Shown one piece after another: positions 12,295 to 23,554 of a DNA stretch of 64,000 nt. Positions within the stretch are counted from its first letter, which is position 1. The number at the start of each line of letters is the position of its first letter. Source of the stretch: Laetmonice hystrix (lineage: Eukaryota); contig OZ249451.1 of the NCBI GenBank assembly GCA_965235115.1, positions 9,982,001-10,046,000 on the forward strand, written 5' to 3'. The notes beneath the pieces were generated by a model, which was not told the origin of the DNA, ran no database searches, and saw only the letters and a list, made by a program, of their open reading frames with translations. Position numbers and translations under genes: made by a program.

Positions 12295-14559
12295 CCATAC
12301 ACGTGGGCCGTGAGTCCCGCTCAGTATAGCCCCCCGTTCTGAACGTTATTCTGACTTTGATTGTTGCAGGTTGGTGATAGACAGCCCGTCGGCCCCCCTA
12401 CCCGATCGATCCTAACACCCAGGAGTAGCCGCAATACCGACGCCTCCATTGTCGAGACGGCCACGTCCCAAGGCCTGCACCCCGCTATGACGGTCACTGA
12501 TGTGCGCTATCAGGATCCCGATTGCTTTTAAGCCAGGACCCCCGTTCGTGTGCCTGTCCGTCCATCCAACCAGCGGGCAGTAGGCGTTGCCGCTAGAAAG
12601 GCCCCGATGAAGCGATATTTGAAGACACGTGCCAGAGAATCGGGGCATGTATCGCGTTGCGGGTACGTTTGAATGGCCATTGGATTTATCGCATTGGGTG
12701 CGCAGGGCATCCGTCGGTAGGCACCCTGTGTTGGCTGGGGGTTATTCTGCCAGTTGTCCGGGGAAGGCACGAAAGGGGCCCTCGAGTGTGAGGCACGGGT
12801 TTATCAGGCAGTTACATTCAGATTGCACTTGCAGGTCGGCGTGAGACTGTTGTCGGCTTTCAGAGACATGTGGGGATTGCTGTGGACGGATTCAGCGCGT
12901 GTTGTGTCATTAGAACTCGCCAACTCATCTTGGCATCGTGGAAGGAGCTGGAAGGAAATACATGGAGGAGTAAGATAGGAGTGAAAGTTTGGTTTTAGGT
13001 TCAGATAAAACAATCCTGGGAGGTCGGTGCGAACTGTATGGAGGTGGTCACACATTCCAGGGGCAACATTGATTAAGATGGAGTACGGGGGAAATAGTTT
13101 CAGTCAGCAAAATAACTGTATAAAATAGCAGGTATATCCCATAGATCCACATCTGTGGAGTATGCCATTAAACTATTTCAATACAGGTGGTATCTCTTGG
13201 AACATCTGCTTGAAGAATTCCGCGGGTTGTGTCACCATGTAGACGGTATCAACACCCAGTAAAGATTATTAACAGTAAGATAATTCGTGCGTAGATAGGT
13301 GTTGATGATTGGAAATATCGTCAGGCTCTTTAAACGAACTGTCATGGTGAGCATAAAGCACCAGGAAGTGACAAGACCGGGCATATTAGTTACATTTATA
13401 GGTTTATGCGCCATGAAGGCCTGAAACTGGAGACTGGATTGATATATCAAGAAGAATATTATGTAATGTCCATTTGAACGATACTGACATCGTTCATGGA
13501 TAGGATCTCGTTTCACTATCCACCAAGGGAATATATTCTGGGATGTGGAGTCGGCCAGATGATCTCCTTCACTGAGACCTTCAGCACCGAGCTGCAGCGA
13601 AGTACCTCTGAGTCTGTCGGTGGGATTTACTAGTGGTAACAGAGATTGAAACATCTACAACAAGGAAGGTAGATTAGTGCTGCGCAGGCAGGGATTAAAC
13701 TGCCAGGTACAAAGTCTTTCCCAATCCTACTCCTCTGTAGATTAACTGGGCTGGCAGGAAAACAACCCGGGAAGATGTGGGGATTTGGAATCAGCGCGGG
13801 AATGTGGAAAGATGTAAAGATTTGAGAATGTGAAATGTTTCTACTGCAATGATTCTGGTGTGAGGAGGCCTGCGACTGATTGGATTTACCGTTGAAGAAC
13901 GACTGCCACGGAACACGAAGATGGTAATCCTGGGGTGCGCGGCGAAGGTTCGCCAGATGCGGCGTTCCCAAAGCCAAGGTAAGGACCTTCACTGTAATGA
14001 TGTTTGTCTTGGTCGTACTCGCTGTCACACACACAGAAAAGTGTGGTGGATTAAGACACTCCTTGGCTTTGATACGACTCTTCTCTAACACTTGTTTAGT
14101 ACATGTTGTATACACAATGCCTCACTGGAGAGTTGTTTCTCCTCAGTTGCATGCCATTCGGATTAAAGCTTTTCCTTTCAGTTGTATGAATGAAGCGCTG
14201 GGATTGATTCTCCATTTGCACTGAAATAAATGGAGACTGAAGGGTTGAAGTTTACATAGTTTCGATTGGGTATATGAGATAATTATGAGAGAACTCCCGG
14301 AAATGAAGGAATAGTAAAAACTATACATGCCTTCCGGCCAAAGAACAACTTTTTTCAGAAATTAATCGGCAGGGGAACATGTTAATCTAATTCACGAAAT
14401 ATATTTGACGGTGGAACTGTATATAGATTGGTTGGTATTGAATAATTGTTTAATCAAATCTAGAGAATGGTACCATTATTTCTACGAGACGGGCCCTATA
14501 TTCTGCCTCTTCCTCCACTGTTGACAAATGGTTGCAGTGACCCGAATAAGCTGTGGTAA

Positions 14560-14860
14560 ATCACAAGTAATTGTTGCAATGAGGCGAATGGCAGATGTTG
14601 CTTTGATAATTTTTTTCATGTTGAATTATTTTAGCAGAGACTCACTGAAATCGAATGAAGCTAGTGATGTACACCATCATATCGGATTCCTTTCACAATC
14701 AACCAGTGATGGCATTCTTCATAAAGGAAGACGTAACTTAACACGACAAGGCTTGCATCCACTTTGTAATTTTACGATGCGGAAAAGCTCACAAGAGGCC
14801 ACATCTCAGGCACAAGGAGATGAGCATGCAGTCAATGATACAGGCCGATACCTTGGCTAA
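14560..14860 (-). mobile_element. Decayed CR1-like LINE RT relic
   Basis: Minus-strand RYRPVSLT (cf. NYRPVSLT) followed about 200 nt later by SFDFSE (cf. LDFSKAFD), roughly the spacing expected in CR1-type RT; in-frame stops present. Confidence 0.5.
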
Positions 14861-16178
14861 TGAAAGAAAGGCCGGATGAGAGAGATAATTAGCTTCCTAA
14901 CGATGTTGTTTGATGTGTCGTTAGCTGTTAACGAGTCCCCCGGGGAAGGCTAGGACGGCAGGGTTTTATACGACACACGTCGCTGCACAACAACGACTCC
15001 TCTCTCAATGATCACAGCAATTGCTTGCTGTCTCTGGATCACTCTGGATGTTTCTTTGAAACGTGATAATCGGTCCTTGGTGAAAAAAAAATCTTGAAAG
15101 ACGGTCTCATACCCGTCCAGAACAAAGTGTCTTTTAATTAGTGCCTTTTTGATATTTCCCTATAGTAGGACAGTTTAATGACAACCGTAAATGATAAACG
15201 CCGATCTACGTGAAAAAAGGTATGCATTTTTCATCACTTTCCCATTTTGATATGATATGGATCGCCTCCCTATCCCCACTTATTCTCATCCTGAAGGATG
15301 CATTGCATCATCTTATCATTTGCCCCCTTTTTATGAGAATACATTTCTTGTGGTATTTTGGCAAGCACATAACTTATAAGTAACATTAACATTATTTGAA
15401 GGGGTTTTAGAACCGAGACGGCAAGCACTGCCGCGTTGTATGATCGGATACTATTGGTGGGGGTTCAAGACCTTTCCAGAAACACCATGCTTGAATACAT
15501 CGCTGATAGACTTGTTACAGTACAGAAGATGGATAGAGATTGGTGACATCGATTTAGGGCACTTGGTCTACGGCTCCTATAGAGATTTTAACCAAATGGA
15601 AGTGTTCGGAAACAGACCATCGAATTTTGAGGGATAGACCGCAACCAGACGAAGATGGAGAGAGATGTAGTAGGTGCCCTTGCCGCCTGTCATTGGAGTC
15701 ACCAAAGTCCGATGGTAGTGATGGTGGTAAGGTGCACGGATTGGGTTGTGGTGTCTTACCATATCAGCAAATATTTGTCGTCCTCAGTCTTTCTTAAAAC
15801 AAATAATCAAAAGCGCTAAACAGTAGAGAGAAGAAGGAAAGGAAGATTCTGAAAATGCTCAGTTGTCTTAAGCAAAAATGTTTAGGATAGGCTTTAAATA
15901 GTGGGTTCCAGCCACTTATTCATTCAGAACGCTTTTTCCTGGATCGTTGGTGATCAGTGGATGAGTTTTATTGTAATACAAAACAATTAACTTCATGTAT
16001 ATTAGCATGAAAGAGCTCCTTAACAGGAATCAGCCTTTTTTTCTGACTATCGAGTTTGAAGTTATTTCATGGATCCAACTAATTGGAGCTGACTGAAATG
16101 AAGACAAGAGAGGAGAGGGAGTCGTCAAAATATGGTGGACCGACCATAGATCCACTACACCAGGACACTGCTCACTTT

Positions 16179-16196
16179 TAGCGCCCCCTAGTGACC
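16179..16196 (-). promoter_or_regulatory. CTCF-like motif
   Basis: Reverse complement GGTCACTAGGGGGCGCTA closely matches the bilaterian CTCF core CCACYAGRKGGCGCTA. Motif match only. Confidence 0.4.
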
Positions 16197-16660
16197 AAAA
16201 TTACTGACGTGTCATTCATCAAACCACTTAGCGCTGGCCTCGTGCTAATCAACTTTTTGGAGTTCCTCTCGTTTGTTTTCTTTGTATGTGGCTCCTGGGG
16301 ATCTGGTAAGACATTCCGTATGTGTTCTGTAGTCCAAAAAAGTTTAAGTCCAAAAAAGATTCCTAGTGAAGACCAAGTTACTTACCTCTATTTAAATTAT
16401 CAACCCTGTTTGGTTTAGACTTTTATCTTCTTTTTATATTTAATTGTTTATTGATTTATTTCCGTCATCACCGGGTCATCATTATTATTCTCCTTTCATT
16501 GAAAGATTAAAGAGGCCTCGGAGAATGCAGTCTTGCCCTAAAGACAGAAAGTATTTGCCCTCATTGTGTACTGTAACAATCCTCACTCACTGTGAACATT
16601 GACACCAAGGTCGTCCATGCGATAAGTCCATGTTGGAATGGACGTCCTCTGCACCTAGAT

Positions 16661-16877
16661 TCCTTGGTTATGCAAGTCCTAGGTCATCAACCTCGTGGTA
16701 TACGACAATATAATTAAGAAAATACAAATGGATTAGGGTTAAGATTAGGATTAGGGATAGCATTATGACGAAATATTTAAAAAATACATCATCACGGACT
16801 TAAAATCCTAGGAATGCAGGTCCGTCGGACTTATACTTCAGGGATATTTCAGGGGACTTGGATTCCTGTTACACCTG
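16661..16877. mobile_element. Non-autonomous element with telomere-like core, copy 1 (left end degenerate)
   Basis: Aligns by eye with 59770-59997 (cctaggtcatcaac...aaatacaaatggatta.ggttaag...cacggactt.aaatcctaggaatgcaggtc.gtcggacttatacttcagggata). Right end ggattcctgttacacctg. Confidence 0.75.
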
Positions 16878-18183
16878 GTGTATTCCCTTTCATTACAATC
16901 TGACAACATTATCAACGCCCCCGGCCGTATTGGTAATGTGATAGTTACAACCTTTCAGTGTTACCTCTTTTTGTGTGATTATATTATATTTTCTTCATGT
17001 TGACCGAACTGTCCAAACGCCTTACCCGTAACTCTACACTAACATGAAACAGCAATGCAGCGAAAGTTGAAAAAGTTAGAGGGTGAAGCACTATAGAGGG
17101 AAGAGCCTTTGCGGAACAGCTAATGTGCTTACCCACGGAGGAGTGGATGATTGGGGCTAACAGCCTCAAGGTACAGTTAATGTGCTTATGCTTACCTCCG
17201 GAGGGGGGACGGGCAGTCCAGAGAACAGCCGTGATGAGTAGCTAATGTTCTTAACTCAAGATTTCCCATGTTGCCAAGCTTTGAATCATGACTTTGCGGA
17301 GTTGCCTCCAAACCAAGCACAGGTCGCCATTGCCAATCGGATTGTTGTGCCCAAACCTTAGAGGATTGTATTTGAAGGCGAGAAAGAACTCCTAACATTC
17401 CCGGATGTGAAGCCATTGAGGATCCCTGAAAATCATCAGCATGTTTAGTTCACTTTTTAAGAGATCTTGTTAAAAGGTGTTTTTTTCTAAACCATTAACT
17501 AAACACTCTCGATATGTTTGCCTTGATGAATTAGATTTTGTCTCCCCGATAGTGAAGTAACCTTAGCTCCAAAGGAAAAAACCATTGCATGTGAGATGCG
17601 AAGCCTATCAAAATATTATTCTAAAATATAAGTAAGAACTTGTAAATATCTCCACAGATTAAAAGATAGTAAGTTATGCCCAGTGGCGGGGTTTTAGCAA
17701 GTTTTAGAAAGAAGCCAATACCTTCACTCTGAACATGGGTACTCGTGAAGCCGCCTGGTTCTTCTGATTGAGTGAGCCAATCCCAGGTCACACCTTCACC
17801 GAAGATGTGTTTTCAGCTTAAAAATGGCTGTCAATTACTTTGGGCGGCCGAACTCGACAGATACCAGTGGAATGTTAGGAAGACTAATGCTGACACAGAC
17901 GTCTTTGCTTGATATAACTTCTGTTCCACCGACGCCATTTGCTGCCAATTGCCCTTCAAGAGCGATGTTTTCTAGCATTGCCCACATCAGTGTCACGACA
18001 ACTGATGAGCCACAATTTCCATTAAGCGTTATACAGACAAGAGGCTACCGGGTTTCCTCTGAAGCCTTTCCTTTCATCGTCAGTAGAGGTATGTGAGCAA
18101 ACTGCAAGAACACAGCGCTATTTACTTTGTAATTGATGATCATACTCTCTGGTATAAAGGTGTTGTTCCTGCCGAGAAATCTG

Positions 18184-18185
<2 letters not shown>

Positions 18186-18270
<85 letters not shown>
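18186..18270. repeat. (CT)n microsatellite, about 42 units
   Basis: Uninterrupted CT run of 85 bp. Confidence 0.99.
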
Positions 18271-18273
<3 letters not shown>

Positions 18274-18679
18274 ATCGCATTACAGAAACAATATTACTCT
18301 TCCTTTCGTGGTCAGTAGAGTTCAGCCCCCCCCCCCCCCCAGCTCATTGCCTTTTCTTCAGGTTATGCCGTCCCTCAGGTCCCACGGCCAACCCCCGTAT
18401 GCCAGAGATTCGCTGCGCTCCTGCCAGATCTAGCTACTTGTGATGCTGCAGCCAACAGCTTGCAGCGATTCGATTGGTCCATATTATGACCAATAATCAT
18501 CAGGCCTGGTTTTACCCTGGGGTAAGGCCAAGATGGAGGGCTTCCTTTCACTATTGAGCAAATCTTGCGAAACAGCATTCCACAATGTCCCTTGCCGCAT
18601 TTACCATACGCCCTCTCCCTCTTAAACAATGAACATAAGTGTAATGTATGGCTATATCCATGCCATACAACTCCATATT

Positions 18680-18910
18680 TTACACTAGCTGCAGCTGCTG
18701 AACAGGGCCGTTAGTGTGGGATGTGGCGTGTATTACCAATAGCTGGATGGAATTGGTGGCTGTCATAAGATCTGTTAGCGAGGCGTAGTGCTCAGTATTG
18801 TCAACTTGTGGGTGGATGTCACGCAGGCTTGGCGGGATACGTACGATGGTTGAATACTGAACAATGGGAAGATGAAGCGGGGCAGACAATCGAGTTATAA
18901 ATGTCATTGT
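18680..18910 (-). mobile_element. Decayed CR1/L2-like LINE C-terminal relic
   Basis: Minus-strand ORF contains LPIVQYSTIV...QVDNTEH.YASLTDL, resembling RPxLEY...VW...LExIQ...SY..xL. Confidence 0.3.
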
Positions 18911-19140
18911 GTTGGCATAATTCCTTTCCGCTTTGTTTTTAGATGGTTTTACTGTGAGGATAATGCTTCACCTGATGAATCTTAATAGTGCCATTTTGAT
19001 GTCTTGGCCAACAAAGAATACCTAAATTTCAACCGATTATTCTTTTTCACGTAAATTAAAAAATGGATATAATGGTCATTATATGTGATACGATCCCATT
19101 ACAGTATGTTGAGAGATTCACACCAGTTTGAAGCTGTTAA

Positions 19141-19480
19141 AGGTGCTATTCGTGAAAAAAAGTTCAATTTTTTTATTTTTAATTTTGTTGACGTTTATGT
19201 GATCCCACCTATCATGGAAATAGATTCAAAACAAAGGAAATCAAAATTTTTCATGGATAACGGCACAAATGGGGCTCTCTCAGAAGGCCTGTGGAGACCC
19301 TGACACGCCCCACCATAGGAAATGGCTCTATCTCGGTGCGCACCGAGATAGGTTTCAAATGCTGCACACAAACTAATAGAAGGTTTATCAGGCCAATGGT
19401 ATCGGTAGGAATTTTTTCTAGTACTATGTGCACAATGTATGATAGGAGAAATGCCATTCTGTGCGAGACGAATAGCACCT
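19141..19480 (+). mobile_element. TTAA-flanked MITE, Kolobok-like family A, copy 1 (340 bp)
   Basis: TTAA at 19137-19140 and 19481-19484. 13-bp TIR AGGTGCTATTCGT / ACGAATAGCACCT. Near-identical copies at 23215 and 41240. Confidence 0.95.
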
Positions 19481-20637
19481 TTAAGTAGCTGTTACGCTTG
19501 CATATTACTTTTGGTGTGAAAGTGCTAAACTTTCAGATAACACATCTTTAAAATCTATGAGCTAAAACCGGTAAAAGTTTCAGACTGACTGGACCGCAAA
19601 CAAAAGCCAACTCCAAAACGTACATTGCTCCAGGACCTTAAAATTTCTCGCTCGACCCTCTACGTTTGACAAGATTGTCCAAAGTTGGCAAGGGCTCAGA
19701 GAGTTGACTGACGCGAATGTGGACATTGGTATTGAGAATCCAAGGTGACGTAGGGGTCGGCAGAAGGGTCATCATTGACCGGGGTCCCCTGGGTCACATG
19801 ACCTAGGTTGCCATGGCATCTCAGAGGGCGTCCCCATCTCTGTTATATTGACACGTGACGCAGTAATAACTGCGCATGGCACACAGCCCTCTCATGGAGT
19901 GTGGGATGGAAATAGATTTCCTTCCGACACAACGTAATTCGGCACTTTCTATTCCAAGGCTCTCTGATGTAAACTGAGAATGACTTTAGAAAGAAGGCAT
20001 TGAATTATAGTCAGTGTTGATTGCGTTGTCGGTTGTCCTCATACTTTACATACCATTTACGTGCAGTGCTAAGTAGTCGTGGCAACATCATTCTCAAGAC
20101 GATGCGTATTTAGTATTTTTCATTGACTACTTTCTGGCTTTGTAGATGGTACAAAATGCTCTTTGGTTGTTGTGGCTGGAAAAATTGAGAGAGTGCTCTC
20201 TCTCTTCCTGTCTCTCTCTCTCTCTCTCTCTGCCAGAACTACAACGCCTGTCATTTGAATACCAGTCACAACAGAAATAGGGGCTGTTAGCTAAAGAAAT
20301 GCCTTGTGGTTGGACAGAGAGTCAATGATATCAATGTATTATTTTTGTAATGCTGTACAAAAATCAAATTTTCTTCTTTTTTTCACATTAAAATGGAACC
20401 ATTTCTTGTTTCATCGCTTCTAATTCAATTTATGTTCCGAATTTGTTTTCCTCGGTTGACATTCCATTTGCCTGCTTCACCTACGTGCCATTTGTCTGCC
20501 TCAGTTACATTGCCTGAAATTTACGAGACCTTGTTTGACCTGACACATGTGTACCATCATAAAGACCTATAACATCAAGAAGGGCGAGAAATGGATCTTC
20601 ACATGAAAACGTTTATCTGGTACACCATGCAGGATTA

Positions 20638-20723
20638 GGCAGTCATAGGGGATAGGGATTACTTTGGCAGTAATAGGGGATAGGGATTACTTTGGCAGTC
20701 ATAGGGGATAGGGATTACTTTGG
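20638..20723 (+). repeat. 28-bp tandem repeat x3
   Basis: GGCAGTCATAGGGGATAGGGATTACTTT at 20638, 20666 and 20694, with one substitution. Confidence 0.95.
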
Positions 20724-23214
20724 TCTCTGAGCCACAGCTTGTGTGTGATACATGGGTCATCGTAAGTCTGACTCGTTTCTTAGGAAACGAGTTCTTACTA
20801 TAACAGACAGCGTTTTGTGGGAACGTGGGAATTCAGTCTGTGGAGTAGAAGTTCGCGTCCGTGGTAATACAGATTTATTTCCATGGCAACACTGGAAATC
20901 CCAGCCGCTGGGGACAACCTTGTCAACGTGAGGAGGATGAAACTCCTGTGTCACTGACAAATATACCACCTACCTGTTCCTCGGGACAAGACTTATGTAA
21001 GGAGGTAAGATGTTATAAACAGGATGTCGACAAATACCTGCCAAAGTTAACCCCAAGGGGGCATCTTATACTCGCTGGCTCGCGTTTCTCTATGGTAACC
21101 AGTAATGAGAGAGAAACACATAGGAGGGAACGAGTATAATGACTGAGGCATGATTGACATTTGGGGAATGAGGCTGGAAAACGGGCCAGGCTATGAAAAC
21201 TGTGGTAATTAAGATTGAAGGCCAATGGAGAACGAGTAATTATCAGATGGAATGAAAAATGCCGAGGGAAGTTAGTTGATCTCATGAGGGAATGAAGCAA
21301 TCCAAGGTAGTGCTTATTATATTCCACCGAATATATATGATATTTGAACACCGCATATGCCACAACAGGTTTATCATTGGTGGAGTGAAGAGGAACCGAA
21401 GGTAGGAACGAAATTAACCGAGTTCTGAGTGAGTGTCCTTGGTCAAGTCATGCACGTCTGTTGCTGCTGCTGTTGTCATAACAACGGCTATCGTGACTGA
21501 CAGCACAGACTGACCAAGTGACCAACTAATGACCGGCTTCGTTGTGGCCCAAGAGGTCAGGCACAGCGGTGACCATTCACCTGCTGTAGAGTGGGCCTTA
21601 AAGGCGTGTCTGTGTCAAAGGACGCGGATCAGTTGTAAGACATGAACAAGTATCTGTCCAATTAGTCCCGGAGCGTCTCGTGGTAAACAGGGGCTCGTTC
21701 AAGGTCACGGCTTGATCAAATCTGGTCGCTTTCAAACGACATGTAAAATACTGCAGTGGGAAATGACACGGAGGTGCTGACGATATGGACAGATTAGCCT
21801 GCAGGTAATCAACATTAGGAGGCACTGAGGTGAAAAGGTTTTTCAAAGAATGTAATTAGTACCGGAGGGGAGAATTTCAATTAAAACCTGAAAAGTGATT
21901 TCTTTCCGGGAGGGGGGGGGGGGGTAGCGGAGGAATTATTTTGGGCATTTGTTTTAAAAGGTCTTGAGCCATGGCACGTTTCCTTTTTGTTTTATTTCGG
22001 AAAGCTAAGGGTTAGCTCGTATTTTAACAAGAAAACAGACGGAATAATTATGGCATCCTTCCAGCTTCGTACCTTTTCCTGTTTTCTCCACTTATCACAT
22101 TCTATAGCGTAGTGTAGTCACGAAGGAACATTTACTTTAGGGAACACAATAATGGAGGAGCGGTGCCGCAACACGTACTTGCCTTTCACTGAGGCGTCCT
22201 GAGGCATAGAGTGGTGAACTGTTACAATTCTAGACGTTCTTGTTGTATCATCTTTACTAATACATAATGAATATTGGCATCACGTTGTGTTTCATAATGT
22301 GGGCTGGCTCTACTCTCCGGGGGCGTCATTACGACGCTTTTAGCGTCTATGAATGGCAGTCCTCATACATGCTACCCTAGCTGTGTGTGTTCTGTTCTTT
22401 GGACGCGTTCATTCAGCATCATGGTGCGGGCCTCCTCTCCTTCAGTCTTTCTGTTTCACCCATTTCAATTTGTCACCAATAAATAACCAAAATGGAAGCT
22501 TCTGTGTAATGTAGTAAAGTCACACTATCATAACAAATATATGAACATAATTTGGCGGAGAAACTGGGTCTTTCATCCGATTACATAATTAACTCTTAAC
22601 CGATATAATGTGTCATGCAAAATCTTCACAGTAAGGAACACATCCAAGCTGAGGATAAGTCATATTCATCTGTGAGCTCGACAGTCGTTACTGTTTTTCT
22701 TGCAGTTTGAACAAATTAAATCCGTTATGTTTTATAAGGTTCTGCTGTGCAAGTCGTACTTACAGTATTGTCACCGAAAGTACTGTCTTTAGCTAATATC
22801 ATATTTACTCTAAAAGATCATTTTCTCCAGTTTGAAAAGGGTTAAAATTTTCCTGACGACCACAGCGGTAGAAGACTTGATAATGAAGTATATCAGCTCA
22901 GTGAATGTCTCATTTATTACAGTCTTAATGTTTTGTGCTGTCGTTATAGCGAGGAGGGATAGCTGCCCGGGCAGGATTAATTACCTCTATATGATGTTAA
23001 TTAAAATATCATACCTCGTACCATACATTTTCTCCGAGATTGGAAATATAAGTCTTATCTTCAGTTTGTGTTTATCTGAATAAACCGGACGAGGGACAAT
23101 ACGCGGGGTTCAGTTGTGGTGTTAGATTGATGAAATGATTCGAGATGTATGTTGCTGGCCCTGAAATATTTTGTTATTCATGAATGGCTTATTGCCGCTC
23201 ATGAGCAACATTAA

Positions 23215-23554
23215 AGGTGCTATTCGTCTCGCACAGAATGGCATTTCTCCTATCATACATTGTGCACATAGTACTAGAAAAAATTCCTACCGATACCATT
23301 AGCCTGATAAACCTTCTATTAGTTTGTGTGCAGCATTTGAAACCTATCTCGGTGCGCACCGAGATAGAGCCATTTCCTATGGTGGGGCGTGTCAGGGTCT
23401 CCACAGGCCTTCTGAGAGAGCCCCATTTGTGCCGTTATCCATGAAAAATTTTGATTTCCTTTGTTGTGAATCTATTTCCATGATAGGTGGGATCACATAA
23501 ACGTCAAGAAAATAAAAAATAAAAAAATTGAATTTTTGTTCACGAATAGCACCT
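23215..23554 (-). mobile_element. Kolobok-like family A, copy 2 (inverted)
   Basis: TTAA at 23211-23214 and 23555-23558; same TIR; about 6 differences from copy 1 by manual comparison. Confidence 0.95.

Noticed and set aside
18093-18443. ORF with SLSLSL tract
   Set aside because: Translation of the (CT)n microsatellite.
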